NCBI GenBank assembly: GCA_963665815.1
Contig: OY762463.1
Coordinates: 3,616,001-3,680,000 of the forward strand
DNA: 64,000 nucleotides
Direction of reading: 5' to 3'
Origin: Candidatus Cloacimonadales bacterium
GTDB lineage: Bacteria > Cloacimonadota > Cloacimonadia > Cloacimonadales > JAIOQZ01
Part shown: positions 63,658 through 64,000 of the stretch, piece by piece
Numbering within the stretch: the first letter of the stretch is position 1
Layout of the letters: each line of letters begins with the position of its first letter
Program-made: the position numbers and the translations under genes
Notes under the pieces: generated by a model
Seen by the model: only the letters and a program-made list of their open reading frames with translations
The model's database searches: none
What the model was told of the DNA's origin: nothing

Positions 63658-64000
63658 TTAGCTGTATTTCTTTTCTATTTCTTCCCAGCGTTCAAGCAAT
63701 TCAAGAAGTTTTTCTTCTACTTCATTCTGTTCATTCGTAATATCTTCAAAATCTTTTGCAGATAATGAGGCAGCCTGATTTTCTATTTTATCCGTCAGTT
63801 CCTGCTGGCGAGTTTCCAGTTGTTCAATCTCTTTTTGAATAGACTCAAGCTCAAGTTTTTCCTTATATGATATCTTAGTACTTTTCTTCTTTTCTCTTTT
63901 TACCGCAGGTTCTTTGATTTCCGATTCTTTATAACGCTTTACAAGAAGGTAATCTGAATAATTTCCGGGAAATTTGATGATTCTGTCTTCTTCAAATATA
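63658..64000 (-). CDS. ABC-F (Uup-like) protein, C-terminal part (start lies beyond the right edge)
   Basis: Manual translation gives IFEEDRIIKFPGNYSDYL...KISYKEKLELESIQKEIEQLE...LLERWEEIEKKYS*, the typical Uup/ABC-F C-terminal coiled coil. Confidence 0.8.
   Translation of the reverse strand, partial: IFEEDRIIKFPGNYSDYLLVKRYKESEIKEPAVKREKKKSTKISYKEKLELESIQKEIEQLETRQQELTDKIENQAASLSAKDFEDITNEQNEVEEKLLELLERWEEIEKKYS

Overview
AT-rich bacterial chromosomal window. C-terminal 'NYPNPFNP...W(N/T)G.D...SG.YFY' FlgD-Ig/T9SS-like sorting domains, LptF and beta-barrel proteins suggest a diderm FCB-superphylum organism, possibly Cloacimonadota (inference). Contents: a chemotaxis cluster (two paralogous MCPs and cheW), housekeeping genes (trxA, argF, leuS, ligA, maf, trmFO, asparaginase, two ABC-F) and four large secreted proteins with the C-terminal sorting domain. 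Three of these (A 11905-19074, B 20162-25627, C 31699-35694) carry 6, 4 and 2 Ig+MAM-like units drawn from three module subtypes. They share patchy near-identical DNA tracts, so C looks like an A/B mosaic, and they share a hairpin-plus-terminator 3' UTR. This suggests a recombination-driven surface-protein diversification locus. Other notable items: a histidine kinase/response regulator pair that has lost its phosphotransfer residues, a leader-peptide attenuator with an identifiable antiterminator ahead of a heterodimeric ABC exporter, a small gene behind a sigma-28-like promoter, and two families of dispersed non-coding repeats. No rRNA, tRNA, CRISPR, transposase, integrase or reverse transcriptase was recognised. 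All alignments were done by eye.
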